A stretch of 64,000 nucleotides of DNA, taken from Pseudomonadota bacterium. GTDB taxonomy: Bacteria > Pseudomonadota > Gammaproteobacteria > Burkholderiales > Eutrophovitaceae. Location: positions 75,752-139,751 of the forward strand of contig JAQBTV010000001.1 in NCBI GenBank assembly GCA_027624715.1. Reading direction: 5' to 3'. The notes under the pieces were generated by a model. It was not told the origin of the DNA. It was given only the letters and a program-made list of their open reading frames with translations, and searched no databases. Position numbers and translations under genes: made by a program. Positions 29,605 through 40,329 of the stretch are shown piece after piece; positions within the stretch are counted from its first letter, which is position 1; every line of letters begins with the position of its first letter.

Positions 29605-30813
29605 ATGTTCTTACTTGGGTTTATATCTATTGGAGCTCTATGCCATTTAGCATTTATCTCCACCCGTTTTTCAGTATCGCTCTACGCCATTGACAAAGAC
29701 GCATCGGCTTTTACTGTCGGCGTGATTCTATCGTTATTCTCGGTGGTTCCAATGCTGATCTCAGTCAGAATTGGAAAATGGATTGATAGTTCTGGTCCAT
29801 TCATTCCTATGTCTTTCGGTATTTTTATCACCCTAACCGGCGCGACACTACCTCTCGTATTTTCTTATGAAACGGCCGATCTCGCGCCGTTACTTGTTGC
29901 AGCGTGCCTAGTGGGAACAGGATCCACATTCTCCATTCTGTCAATGCAACAATACCTCGGAGAATTAAGTGCTCCAGAAAAACGCTCAGCGGTCTTCTCC
30001 TGGTTTGCCATGGGGCAATCAATCTCTGGATTCTTAGGTCCTGTTTTAGGAGGGATCATTATCGATGACTTTTCGCATCGCTTATCGTTTCTATTGCCCA
30101 TTGGGGTGTCAGTATCTGCAGGGTTATTTTTATTTTTCACTCAAAGAAATAAAAGAGCAAAAGCTAACCTGGTTTCTTCGCCCAAAATTACGAATTCATT
30201 TCAGCTCTTTCGCTATAAAGAACTCAGGGATTTAATGATCATCACTGTATTAATTTCGATGTGTTGGGACCTGCAAAACTTTGTAATTCCAATCTATGGT
30301 TCAGAAGTTGGACTTTCAGCATCAAAGATTGGATTCATACTGGGCTCATTTGCACTTGCAACATTTGCGATACGGCTGTTAATGCCACTACTCAAAAAAT
30401 ATGTAACAGAATGGCAAATACTAATTAGTACGCTCGCATGTGCTGCAGTGTGCTTTTTCATATTTCCCTTCTTAGAAACGTATTTGCTTTTCATGCTAAT
30501 CGCATTTGCTCTTGGTTTAGGCCTTGGTGCTGCGCAGCCAAATATCATGACGCTCGTACATTCAACCGCCCCTGAGGGAAGGGTCGCGGAGGCTCTAGGA
30601 CTGAGGCTGACGATTATCCACGCCAATCAAGTAGCTCTACCCTTAATTTTTGGGGCGTTTGGCGCTACACTAGGCACATCCGCAATTTTTTGGATAATAT
30701 CAGCACTTGCTTTCGGTGGCGTCCTACTGGCCATCAAGAAGAAAAAACACCTCAATTCAGCGAATATCAAAAAAACAGATTTAATCTCCGACCGAGGGAC
30801 AATTAACCCATAA
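29605..30813 (+). CDS. MFS transporter
   Basis: 402 aa with about 12 predicted hydrophobic helices and an MFS-like loop (GKWIDSSGP). Confidence 0.8.
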   Translation: MFLLGFISIGALCHLAFISTRFSVSLYAIDKDASAFTVGVILSLFSVVPMLISVRIGKWIDSSGPFIPMSFGIFITLTGATLPLVFSYETADLAPLLVAACLVGTGSTFSILSMQQYLGELSAPEKRSAVFSWFAMGQSISGFLGPVLGGIIIDDFSHRLSFLLPIGVSVSAGLFLFFTQRNKRAKANLVSSPKITNSFQLFRYKELRDLMIITVLISMCWDLQNFVIPIYGSEVGLSASKIGFILGSFALATFAIRLLMPLLKKYVTEWQILISTLACAAVCFFIFPFLETYLLFMLIAFALGLGLGAAQPNIMTLVHSTAPEGRVAEALGLRLTIIHANQVALPLIFGAFGATLGTSAIFWIISALAFGGVLLAIKKKKHLNSANIKKTDLISDRGTINP

Positions 30814-32460
30814 ATTACCGTCTTGAAGTACCCTGCGCTCTTGCAGCAACTTAATCAAATGAGCAAGAAGGGACCGTTTAGCAAGCGGGTGAAGCGCTGG
30901 TGAAACATCGTCATACGCACTCATCGTTAAATCATCGATCGTTCCGCGGCCTAATAGGGACAACGCGTTTATCACCTTCGCCTCCCTCTTTCGACGATGC
31001 ACCAATAACCGATCAATCACCTCATGAGGATTGTCCATTAAAAATCCATGGCCTGGTGCGATCCAATCAAACTGATAATCGTATAACTTATTCAAAGAAC
31101 TGAAGTAATCCGACATGTCACCGTCTGGCGGATTAATTACGACTGTCGAGCCTTGCATGATATGGTCACCAGTAAATAACATACGCGCTTCTACAAACAG
31201 AAAACATAAATGATTGGAAGCATGGCCAGGAGTGTGGATCACATCGATCCTTACATCTCCGAACTGCATAACCTCTCCGTGTGTCGGTTGCTCGTACGGA
31301 CTGAATGTTTGATCTTGACGCTCCGAGTAATCCGGCATACGCCCGAATACACGCGCCCCAGTATAGAGACTCAGTAATCGGGCACCGGGAGAATGGTCAA
31401 CATGCGTATGCGTACATAAAATCCACCTCACTTGATCTGCAGTAAAACCACGAATCAAGTCGATATGCTCCTGATTTTCGGGTCCTGGATCTATGACTAG
31501 AAAACCATTAATCTCGTCACCGAGAATATATGTATTCGTTCCTGGGCCAGTCATAACACTTGGATTAGCGGCCGTTAAACGCGTCACCCGCCTATCCAAT
31601 TGGACCACAACACCTGGCTTGATCTCTCGGGATACAGTCCCTCGTTGCTCAGGGTCGAGTTTCCCTGCCTCGGCATACGCATAATCCCCTGGCAAAAGTA
31701 GTCTTTTTCCATCTGACCCAATAGTAATTCTGGGGTCCATAGGCACGATCGGACGCGCTAAGCGGGCATAATCTAATGCCTCATCTACCGAAAAAAATTC
31801 CTGGAGTTTCTCGAGGGTCTTTTGCGTTGGAAACATTAAACTTAATCTTCCCTTACCGCTCAAACGAAGTGCTTCACTCGGCGTCAGCCAACGACTATCT
31901 ACCAATTCTATACCGTCATGTTCTGCGACTTGATCCTGTGGCATTTGTGCGATGAAAAATCTTGTGTCATATCGGCGTACACTTCTCGCGTGTGTGATCC
32001 AGCGACTGAAATAATGTAATTGATCTACCTCTAAGACTAGATTCCCTTCTTTCATAATTTCTTGAAAGGTAATCTCGCCGCGCATGAGTTCGTCTCTTTT
32101 TTTTGACCGAAATGCCGCGAACTCGTCCTGAGTAAACAGTAGATTTGCTATAGGTTTGGCCAACAAGACACCGATTTCTTCGAAACACTCGCGGATTGCA
32201 GCAATCCAATAACTCAGACCACCATCATGAACTCCTAAAAGTTGATTGGCTCTGTCATCGGTAAGGGCTTCTGAGAGCGCAAAGTTAATCCCAAGATCTG
32301 TCGAATCGAGTGCGCCCCCCGGAAAAACGAAAGCACCAGCAGCAAAATTAACCTTACTGGTTTTTTCCCCGAGTAAAACTTCCAAGCCAGACTGCCCGTC
32401 GCGCACCAGGATAAGGGTCGACGCCGGTCTTGGCGTGACTATTTCATGCATAAGTTGCAT
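30781..32460 (-). CDS. Nudix-like domain fused to an MBL-fold metallo-hydrolase
   Basis: 559 aa. The N-terminal part carries FPGG...AAIRECFEEIGV (Nudix box). The C-terminal part carries CTHTHVDHSPG (HxHxDH) and HTPGH. Confidence 0.8.
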   Translation of the reverse strand: MQLMHEIVTPRPASTLILVRDGQSGLEVLLGEKTSKVNFAAGAFVFPGGALDSTDLGINFALSEALTDDRANQLLGVHDGGLSYWIAAIRECFEEIGVLLAKPIANLLFTQDEFAAFRSKKRDELMRGEITFQEIMKEGNLVLEVDQLHYFSRWITHARSVRRYDTRFFIAQMPQDQVAEHDGIELVDSRWLTPSEALRLSGKGRLSLMFPTQKTLEKLQEFFSVDEALDYARLARPIVPMDPRITIGSDGKRLLLPGDYAYAEAGKLDPEQRGTVSREIKPGVVVQLDRRVTRLTAANPSVMTGPGTNTYILGDEINGFLVIDPGPENQEHIDLIRGFTADQVRWILCTHTHVDHSPGARLLSLYTGARVFGRMPDYSERQDQTFSPYEQPTHGEVMQFGDVRIDVIHTPGHASNHLCFLFVEARMLFTGDHIMQGSTVVINPPDGDMSDYFSSLNKLYDYQFDWIAPGHGFLMDNPHEVIDRLLVHRRKREAKVINALSLLGRGTIDDLTMSAYDDVSPALHPLAKRSLLAHLIKLLQERRVLQDGNLWVNCPSVGD

Positions 32461-32527
32461 ATTGCCCTAATGTCACGATTTGAATCGAACATGGATGCTC
32501 TTACAGTGGATTTCAAAACTTCAGGCT

Positions 32528-33814
32528 CTAAGCAACCCGTTTGTGCCCATATCTACGCACTCGAAGATCTGCTTGCTCTTTATGTCCCGCGAAACCTTCA
32601 ACCTCACAAAGTCTAGAGCAGTATTCGCCAATCATTGCAGAAGCTTCAGGTTTGACCCGCTGATAGGTACATGTTTTTATAAACTTACCGACCCAAAGTC
32701 CACCTGTATAACGCGCTGCTTTTCGGGTAGGAAGCGTATGATTTGTTCCAATTACTTTATCCCCATAAGACACATTGGTCTCTGGGCCTAAAAATAGCGC
32801 TCCATAATTTGTTAAATTATTTAAGAAGTACTCGTTATTTTTAGTCATCACTTGGACGTGCTCAGACGCAATTCGATCTGCCTCCTTAGCCATTTCAGCA
32901 TTGTCTTTACACAAGATCACCTGTCCGTAATTAGCCCATGCCTTGCCCGCAATTTCTGCAGTCGCCAAACCTCTGAGCTGCTTTTCAATTTGTTTAACCG
33001 TGTCTTCCGCCAGACGACGAGAGGTGGTTAGAAGAATAGCTGGAGAATTAATACCATGCTCAGCTTGACCCAAAATATCGGTCGCACACATCTCCCCGTC
33101 TACGGCGTCGTCCGCAATCACAAGCGTCTCAGTTGGGCCCGCAAACAGATCAATACCCACGCGACCTGATAATTGGCGCTTTGCCTCGGCGACGAATGCA
33201 TTTCCCGGCCCAGCAATCATGTCAACGGGCTTGACCGAAGCGGTTCCAAGCGCCATAGCACCAATCGCTTGCACTCCTCCCAACGCATAAATTTCCGTAG
33301 CACCAGCTAAATGCATTGCAGTAACAATCGCAGGATGCGGACTTCCCTTATACGGTGGCGCGCAAGCGATAATTCGTTTAACGCCTGCGACCTTAGCTGT
33401 AACAATGCTCATATGAGCAGACGCCACCATGGGATATTTGCCGCCAGGGACATAACAACCCACGCTATTTACTGGAATATTTTTGTGCCCAAGCACCACT
33501 CCAGGCAGAGTCTCCACCTCCACATCCCTAAGCGAATCTCTCTGAATTTGAGCAAAATTACGAATCTGTGTCTGAGCAAATTTGATATCGTCAATCACTT
33601 GCTTCGGAAGACTTTGCAAACATTCTTCAATTTGAGATTTGCTGAGCCTAAAGTCTTTCGGATCCCAATTATCAAACTTCTTTGACAAAAAACGAACAGC
33701 TTCGTCTCCACGTTTTTCAATATCTGCGAGAATACTTTCGACCACAGACCGAACCTTGGCTATATCTGCCGCATCATCTTCTGCCGAAATACCCTTTTTT
33801 AACCAAATTGCCAT
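32528..33814 (-). CDS. histidinol dehydrogenase-family oxidoreductase (paralogue outside a his operon)
   Basis: 428 aa collinear with HisD ([39 protein letters not shown]). No other his genes are nearby. Confidence 0.8.
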   Translation of the reverse strand: MAIWLKKGISAEDDAADIAKVRSVVESILADIEKRGDEAVRFLSKKFDNWDPKDFRLSKSQIEECLQSLPKQVIDDIKFAQTQIRNFAQIQRDSLRDVEVETLPGVVLGHKNIPVNSVGCYVPGGKYPMVASAHMSIVTAKVAGVKRIIACAPPYKGSPHPAIVTAMHLAGATEIYALGGVQAIGAMALGTASVKPVDMIAGPGNAFVAEAKRQLSGRVGIDLFAGPTETLVIADDAVDGEMCATDILGQAEHGINSPAILLTTSRRLAEDTVKQIEKQLRGLATAEIAGKAWANYGQVILCKDNAEMAKEADRIASEHVQVMTKNNEYFLNNLTNYGALFLGPETNVSYGDKVIGTNHTLPTRKAARYTGGLWVGKFIKTCTYQRVKPEASAMIGEYCSRLCEVEGFAGHKEQADLRVRRYGHKRVA

Positions 33815-34086
33815 CTACGGCACTCCTTAAATCATTTATTATCAGATACTTATGGTGATTCTAAAGTCGCACACCGTGTTAACAACCCGCTATTTTCTTC
33901 CGTATATCACGATCCGTCAATTCCTCTTTGACAATTCACCCTAATAATGACGGTTTATTGGCGGTCGATAAGGGCATAATGCTCTGTAACCAAAGAGAAA
34001 ATGACGCAATATCTGACCTGCCTACCGAACGTACGCAAAAAGAGTAATATTTCGGAAATTAACTGAATTTAAGGTCTCTGACACTT

Positions 34087-34923
34087 ATGTCAAATTTCAG
34101 ACTCTCTGACGACGAAATCACCAAATTTAGCCAATATGGATACTTCATTGTCAAAGGCCTTTTTGACCAAGAAGAAATAGCCATTTTACGAACCGCAATA
34201 GAAGTTGATCAGAATTTAAAAGATAAACTCTACAATCGTTATGATGCGTCGGGACGTAAGACGATAATGGCTACATGGAACCACCCCGGTGATAGTGTTT
34301 ATGGACTTGCAGCCCGTAGCCGCCGAATCGTCGACTCCATGGAGACTCTATTGGGCGGAGAGGTTTATCACTATCACTCGAAACTCACGGCAAAAGAACC
34401 TTACGAAGGCGGCGCCTGGGAATGGCACCAAGATTATGGATACTGGTATCACAACGGAATCGTCTTTCCACATCTGTGTAGTGTGATGGTGGCGCTGGAC
34501 CGAACCAATAAGAAAAACGGTTGCCTACAAATCGTAAAAGGTTCACACCTTTGTGGACGCGTCGAACATGGAGTTCTGGAGGGCGAACAAGTCGGCGCTA
34601 ATGCGCGCAGAGTTGAGGAAATGCTCAAAATACTTCCTATCGAATACATCGAAATGGAACCAGGTGATGGTGTTTTTTTTCATTGCAATGCGCTGCATAG
34701 GTCTGACCAAAACCAATCCGACAATCGAAGATGGACAGTTATACACTGCTATAACCTGGCAACTAATAATCCGTTTCTTGAACACCACCACCCTTTTTAT
34801 ACACCACTCCAGAAAGTAGATGATTCGGCAATCAAATTAGCAGGTGTTCGACTTTCAGATTCATCTTTGGAATTTAACGAACAATCAGTGAACCCGCCTG
34901 AGTTAACGAGGAAAGCACTCTAA
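34087..34923 (+). CDS. phytanoyl-CoA dioxygenase (PhyH)-family Fe(II)/2-oxoglutarate oxygenase
   Basis: 278 aa with the HxD iron motif in WEWHQDYGYW and the distal His in FFHCNALHRSDQN. Confidence 0.85.
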   Translation: MSNFRLSDDEITKFSQYGYFIVKGLFDQEEIAILRTAIEVDQNLKDKLYNRYDASGRKTIMATWNHPGDSVYGLAARSRRIVDSMETLLGGEVYHYHSKLTAKEPYEGGAWEWHQDYGYWYHNGIVFPHLCSVMVALDRTNKKNGCLQIVKGSHLCGRVEHGVLEGEQVGANARRVEEMLKILPIEYIEMEPGDGVFFHCNALHRSDQNQSDNRRWTVIHCYNLATNNPFLEHHHPFYTPLQKVDDSAIKLAGVRLSDSSLEFNEQSVNPPELTRKAL

Positions 34924-34972
34924 TCGAACATCAAGAGCATTACACGCAGGTCAAAATCACGAAGTACCGCAA

Positions 34973-35761
34973 ATGAACAGTCACCCAATAGGGATATTCG
35001 ACTCAGGAATCGGGGGCCTATCGATTCTAAGAGAGATTAGCTATCTCTTACCTAATGAAGATTTAATTTATGTCGGTGATACTGCATTTCTACCATATGG
35101 CATTAAAAGTAAGGATCTCATTGAAGACCGTACGTACAAAATTTGTAGGTACCTCTTATCTAAAAATTGCAAAGCAATCGTTGTGGCTTGCAACACCGCA
35201 ACTAGTGCTGCAATTCACAAATTAAGGGCTACTTTTTCTGTGCCCATTATCGGCATTGAACCGCCCTTAAAACCCGCCACGCAACAAACACAAAGTCGCG
35301 TCATTGGAATCTTAGCCACAGAAGGCACGTTGGAGGGAGAAAAGTTCGCAACTTTAAAACAAAGATTTGGTAACGACATCACCATCCTTCATCAACCCTG
35401 CACAGGGTTAGTCGAAGTAATTGAGGCTGGGGATCCTGATGACCAAAAACTTCACGAACTTCTTAAGCTATACGTACTACCATTGGTCGAACGTGGTGCT
35501 GACACGCTAGTCCTAGGATGCACTCACTTTCCACTCATCAAGTCTCTAATCGCATACTACGCGGGACCAAAGATCGCCATTCTTGATCCGTCCACACCCG
35601 TTGCAAACGAACTCAAACACCAACTGAAAACGAAAAGCCTACTGCGAGACAAAAATTTAGGCACTTATACCTTTCTACAAACGGGCGCCAATGAACACTT
35701 TGGCAAATTCATTTCCAGAGAATTGGGTTTAAAACAAGCTTCATATTCATTAAACGTTTAA
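34973..35761 (+). CDS. murI: glutamate racemase
   Basis: 262 aa with IGIFDSGIGGLS, VVACNTAT and VLGCTHFP, which hold the two catalytic Cys motifs. Confidence 0.92.
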   Translation: MNSHPIGIFDSGIGGLSILREISYLLPNEDLIYVGDTAFLPYGIKSKDLIEDRTYKICRYLLSKNCKAIVVACNTATSAAIHKLRATFSVPIIGIEPPLKPATQQTQSRVIGILATEGTLEGEKFATLKQRFGNDITILHQPCTGLVEVIEAGDPDDQKLHELLKLYVLPLVERGADTLVLGCTHFPLIKSLIAYYAGPKIAILDPSTPVANELKHQLKTKSLLRDKNLGTYTFLQTGANEHFGKFISRELGLKQASYSLNV

Positions 35762-35788
35762 GGTTACCTTCAATTTAAACGGTTTGAG

Positions 35789-36646
35789 TCAACTCGTCTC
35801 TTTATCAAATTTGAGGTTTAACCAACTCCCTAAAATCACAATAGAGCCGCCCAAGAGTACCCAAATTTCAGGGCGCTCATCATAAAATATATATCCTATC
35901 AGTGTAATAAATGGCAGGCGAAGGTAATCAAACGGCATCACTACTGAGACATCGCTTAACGTAAACGCTCGGCTCAATGAATAATTAGCAGTCAAGGCGA
36001 AGACTGCGACTCCGATTGTCCAAGGTAGAAGACTGAGGCTTGGCCAATCAAATTCTTGGAGACAAAATATGAGCGCGATAACTAACTGTATCCCCGCCAT
36101 ATAGAATACGCAAGCAATAGGCGTGTCAAAAACAAGTAGCTTTTTTGTCAACGTATGTGCGAATGCATATAAAAATGCCGCTCCAAGAACGACCATTGAA
36201 ACCGGGCTAATGATTTCTAAACCAGGTCTCAACATGATCAATACGCCGACAAATCCAATCCCAATCGCTAACATTCTTTTTGGACTTATCCGTTCGCCTA
36301 ACATAATCACCGCCAAAATAGCCGTCCAAAAAGGCATCGTAAATTCGAGCGCAAACACTTCTACCAAAGAAATTAATGCGATCCCATAAAACCAGGCATA
36401 TTGCCCCAAGAAATGGACAATATTTCGCAGAACATGCATTCTCAAATGTTTAGTTTTTAGTTGTCCCCATCCCACGCAGGACATCACCAAAACCATGATA
36501 GAGAAACCTACAACGCTTCGAACAAATAAAATTTGTGATGTTGACAGCTCCGACGATAACTCACGACCAGAAATAGCCATCATTGAAAATGAAAGCACCC
36601 CACCAAGCATCCATAAGACTGCTCTAGTCTGAGCAGACATAAGCAC
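35789..36646 (-). CDS. DMT-superfamily (EamA) transporter
   Basis: 285 aa with 10 hydrophobic helices and a duplicated EamA pattern. Confidence 0.85.
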   Translation of the reverse strand: MLMSAQTRAVLWMLGGVLSFSMMAISGRELSSELSTSQILFVRSVVGFSIMVLVMSCVGWGQLKTKHLRMHVLRNIVHFLGQYAWFYGIALISLVEVFALEFTMPFWTAILAVIMLGERISPKRMLAIGIGFVGVLIMLRPGLEIISPVSMVVLGAAFLYAFAHTLTKKLLVFDTPIACVFYMAGIQLVIALIFCLQEFDWPSLSLLPWTIGVAVFALTANYSLSRAFTLSDVSVVMPFDYLRLPFITLIGYIFYDERPEIWVLLGGSIVILGSWLNLKFDKETS

Positions 36647-36670
36647 CCCCTCGATTCAGCAAAGGTCCAA

Positions 36671-37195
36671 TCATATAATCCCGACAACCCCTAACAGAGC
36701 ACCAATCGCCATTAAACTCATTAAGTGTACCCGCGACTTCCATACGACTAAAGCCACAAGTAACACACAGATCACACTCCAAGTATTCGAGATGCTTTGT
36801 ATCAAAACAAATCCAGTAGATAACAACAATCCGATCACAACCGGAGCAGAACCGACCGCAAATGATCGCACAGATAATCGATGACTATTCGCACGACACC
36901 ATCGCGTCACATAGTAAGCAAATATCGCTGACGGGATGATCATTGCCGCCGTCATGGCTATCGCCCCAACGAATCCTGCAATTTGATAGCCCAGTACGGC
37001 AACAAATAAAGCATTAGGTCCCGGAGACACTTTACCCAGCGTGATCGCTGCCAAAAACTGTTCATTTGAAAGTATCGATAGCTCATCGACAACAACGCGA
37101 TGCATGTCTGGAGCAACCGACATCACGCCACCAACAGCTAAAAATGAAAGGAATGCAAACTGACCTAAAATCGAAATCCAATCGGCTACACTCAC
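36671..37195 (-). CDS. short-chain chromate-ion-transporter (CHR) family protein, second half
   Basis: 174 aa, CHR motif GKVSPGPNALFVA. Overlaps the partner gene by 4 nt. Confidence 0.8.
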   Translation of the reverse strand: MSVADWISILGQFAFLSFLAVGGVMSVAPDMHRVVVDELSILSNEQFLAAITLGKVSPGPNALFVAVLGYQIAGFVGAIAMTAAMIIPSAIFAYYVTRWCRANSHRLSVRSFAVGSAPVVIGLLLSTGFVLIQSISNTWSVICVLLVALVVWKSRVHLMSLMAIGALLGVVGII

Positions 37196-37788
37196 AATTC
37201 AATCTCTTTCACAGCTCGTCGGTGCTTTAGTGAAAGATGCGCCCAAACACAAGAGCCTCCGCCACAAAAGAGTATTGCCCAAAATATCGGCACACGCAGA
37301 TATCCGACTAAATAGAAAACGAGTAGTACGACCAACGTGGGTATGAGCCGCCCTACTACATTGGTCTGTATGCCTGACAACAATCGCAGCGCCGTCCCCA
37401 ACGTCATGCCAACGACGACCACTGACATCCCCTTTATGGCTCCTGCGACATGCGAACCGGCCGATATTTGGTCGTAACTGCCTGCTAACGTCAAAATCAC
37501 AAACATCGGCAAAACAATCATTCCAGATAGCGCTACTAATGCCCCCTTTCTGCCAAAAAATCGATCACCTATCATCAATGCTAAATTGCATACATTTGGG
37601 CCCGGCAGAACCTGAGATAACGAAAACATCTCAAGAAACTCAGCTTGAGAAAACCATCTACGTTGCTCGACTAAATGTCTCTGCATGATGGAAACAACAC
37701 CACCAAATCCTTGTAAAGTAATTAATGAGAAAATATAGAACAACTCAAAAAGGGTACGCGGCTCTTGATTCAGATGTTTCAAAGACAT
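37192..37788 (-). CDS. short-chain chromate-ion-transporter (CHR) family protein, first half
   Basis: 198 aa, CHR motifs FGGVVSIMQ and SQVLPGPNV. Confidence 0.8.
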   Translation of the reverse strand: MSLKHLNQEPRTLFELFYIFSLITLQGFGGVVSIMQRHLVEQRRWFSQAEFLEMFSLSQVLPGPNVCNLALMIGDRFFGRKGALVALSGMIVLPMFVILTLAGSYDQISAGSHVAGAIKGMSVVVVGMTLGTALRLLSGIQTNVVGRLIPTLVVLLVFYLVGYLRVPIFWAILFCGGGSCVWAHLSLKHRRAVKEIEL

Positions 37789-37932
37789 ACTTTAAAAATT
37801 AATTTAATTTAAGTTAAAAAAACTTAGGGAGTAGAAGCATAGCTAATAAAAAACTAGGTTACCATTAGAGATATCATACGGTAAAGACTATCAATATCAC
37901 GCACTCACACTCGTAACCTAATAATAAAATCC

Positions 37933-39513
37933 ATGTACATCCTGAATCTCGATCAACTCGTTAGCGACGACCTCACGAACCTAAATAGAGGTATCGAAAA
38001 AGAAAGCTTACGTGTCAACCCAGCAGGCCAACTGAGCCAACAACCGCACCCCGGCGCATTAGGGTCTGCGCTAACGCACACGAATATCACCACAGATTTC
38101 AGCGAAGCTCAACTGGAACTAATCACACATACCCACAGAGACGTTGATACTTGTCTCAACCAGCTAAGAGAAATTCACCAGTTTGTTAGTCGAAATATTT
38201 CACCGGAACTTCTTTGGTGCTCGAGTATGCCGTGCATGCTTCCGGAAGACAGTCGTATTCCAATAGCTCTATTTGGTGACTCGAACATTGCAACAGCCAA
38301 AACGGTCTACCGACGTGGGTTGGCCCTTCGGTATGGTGCCAAGATGCAAACAATTTCTGGGATCCATTACAATTTTTCGCTATCAAATGAAACTTGGTCC
38401 CGCATATACGGGCGACATCATGATCGCAACGAATTGATAACCATTAAAAATCAACATTACTTTTCGCTCATTCGAAACTTCAGAAAATATGCCTGGTTAT
38501 TGCTTTATCTATTTGGCGCTTCTCCTGCAGTGTGCGAGTGTTTTGTGAAAGGACGTGTACATCACTTAAACAAGATGAACAACGGGACTAATTTTCTTCC
38601 TTATGCCACGTCATTAAGAATGGGGCCTCTTGGGTACCAAAGCGATGTTCAATCCTCGATTAGTGTGAACTATAATAATCTCAAAAGTTATGCTCAGTCG
38701 CTGTATGACGCACTGACGCAACCCTATCCTCCTTATGCAGCAATTGGCTTATATAACGAAAAACAACCCATACAACTATCGAACGCTTTACTGCAAATTG
38801 AGAATGAGTTTTATGGAACGATAAGACCGAAACAGCCGGTTCAGTACGGGGAGCGTCCGCTACTGGCTCTTAATAAAAGAGGGGTTGAATACGTCGAGGC
38901 TCGCTGCATTGACCTCGACCCGTATCAAGACATCGGAATCAACGAAAAAACGATAGCACTTCTCGATACATTCCTACTTTTTTGCCTCATATCAAAAAGT
39001 TCAGACGACTCAACAGAAGAAAATAGATCTAACAGTGCGAATCAATATCTTATTGCTGACCGAGGTAGAGAACCATCTCTAAAATTAATCCGAGATAAAG
39101 ACTATGTAACGGTGAAGTCTTGGGGCTCGGATATTGTTGAGGCCTGCCAACCATTTGCCTTAAAACTCGACAAAGCCAATCAAACAAATGTCCATACGCA
39201 ATCACTTACCAATGCGCTCAACTGCCTCAACAATCCTGACCAGACGCCTTCTGCGCGTGTACTACGAGATATCGAAGAAAAGCATAATGGTTCTTATTTT
39301 GACTTCATTATGTCTCTGTCATCCAGATATACGAAAGGCCTTAGGCAGGACACGCTAAGCAAAGAAGTACTGACCAAGTACGAAAATAATGCAAAATCAT
39401 CCAGCATCAGGCAGCAAAACCTGGAGCGAGATAAACAGCTGGATTTCGAAGAATTCAGAAAGGAATATGTATCCCAAGAAGCCTCCAGGATCATCCTGGA
39501 GGAACGTGGCTGA
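37933..39513 (+). CDS. gshA: glutamate--cysteine ligase
   Basis: 526 aa collinear with E. coli GshA (RGIEKESLRVN, LGSALTH..ITTDFSEA, MQTISGIHYNFSL, LQIENEFYG.IRPK). Confidence 0.92.
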   Translation: MYILNLDQLVSDDLTNLNRGIEKESLRVNPAGQLSQQPHPGALGSALTHTNITTDFSEAQLELITHTHRDVDTCLNQLREIHQFVSRNISPELLWCSSMPCMLPEDSRIPIALFGDSNIATAKTVYRRGLALRYGAKMQTISGIHYNFSLSNETWSRIYGRHHDRNELITIKNQHYFSLIRNFRKYAWLLLYLFGASPAVCECFVKGRVHHLNKMNNGTNFLPYATSLRMGPLGYQSDVQSSISVNYNNLKSYAQSLYDALTQPYPPYAAIGLYNEKQPIQLSNALLQIENEFYGTIRPKQPVQYGERPLLALNKRGVEYVEARCIDLDPYQDIGINEKTIALLDTFLLFCLISKSSDDSTEENRSNSANQYLIADRGREPSLKLIRDKDYVTVKSWGSDIVEACQPFALKLDKANQTNVHTQSLTNALNCLNNPDQTPSARVLRDIEEKHNGSYFDFIMSLSSRYTKGLRQDTLSKEVLTKYENNAKSSSIRQQNLERDKQLDFEEFRKEYVSQEASRIILEERG

Positions 39514-39535
39514 AGAAGACTAATAAACTAAGCAA

Positions 39536-40315
39536 CTAGAATGCGCTGTTGTAAACACCACCATCAATTAATAGGCTTTGACCGGTAATGTATCCCGCGT
39601 GAGCACTGCATAAAAAAGCACAAGTGCTGCCAAACTCATTAGGCATACCAAAACGCTTAGCTGGTATCTTTGACGCACGATCCTTAGCTACCTCTTCAAC
39701 ACTTACACCCGCAGTCTTTGCCCAATTTTGCAGACCACCCCTCAGGCGATCTGTATCGAAAAATCCAGGAAGAATATTATTAATCGTGACATTGTTATCG
39801 GCGATTGTCCTTGCCACGCCAGCTAAAAAAGCCGTCAGGCCGGCACGAGCCCCGCTCGATAGGTCTAGCCCGGGAACTGGCATTTTGACACTCATCGAGG
39901 TGATATTAATGATACGACCAAACTTTTGGTCAATCATGTGATCAACCACCTTTTGAATCAACTCAATCGGTGTAACCATATTCATCGTTACGCCGTCTAA
40001 CATGGCCTCACGATCAAGCTCTCGAAAATCCTTGAAGGGTGGGCCACCATTATTGTTTATCAGAATATCTGGTTTTGGACATGCCTCTAGGAGCTTAGCC
40101 TGCCCCTCTCGAGTAGTGATGTCCGCAATAATGGGTTTTACGGAGACCCCGGTATCTTTAACAATTTGATTTGCGGTGGCCGTGAGTATTTTTTCATCTC
40201 TACCGTTTAGTACAAGTGAAACACCAGCTTCTGCCAATGCAATAGCACAAGCTCTACCTAGACCTCGGCTCGATGCACATACAATCGCGGTTCTACCGTT
40301 AATTCCAAGGTCCAT
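39536..40315 (-). CDS. SDR-family oxidoreductase
   Basis: 259 aa with cofactor loop ASSRGLGRA and NNNGGPP. Lies 14 bp downstream of the Sel1 gene. Confidence 0.85.
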   Translation of the reverse strand: MDLGINGRTAIVCASSRGLGRACAIALAEAGVSLVLNGRDEKILTATANQIVKDTGVSVKPIIADITTREGQAKLLEACPKPDILINNNGGPPFKDFRELDREAMLDGVTMNMVTPIELIQKVVDHMIDQKFGRIINITSMSVKMPVPGLDLSSGARAGLTAFLAGVARTIADNNVTINNILPGFFDTDRLRGGLQNWAKTAGVSVEEVAKDRASKIPAKRFGMPNEFGSTCAFLCSAHAGYITGQSLLIDGGVYNSAF

Positions 40316-40329
40316 CTTTCATCCTCCTA

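Noticed and set aside
36671-37788. Split chromate transporter as a frameshifted pseudogene
   Set aside because: The two halves overlap by the ATGA-type 4 nt typical of coupled genes, and each has its own CHR motif. Paired short-chain CHR genes are a known natural arrangement.
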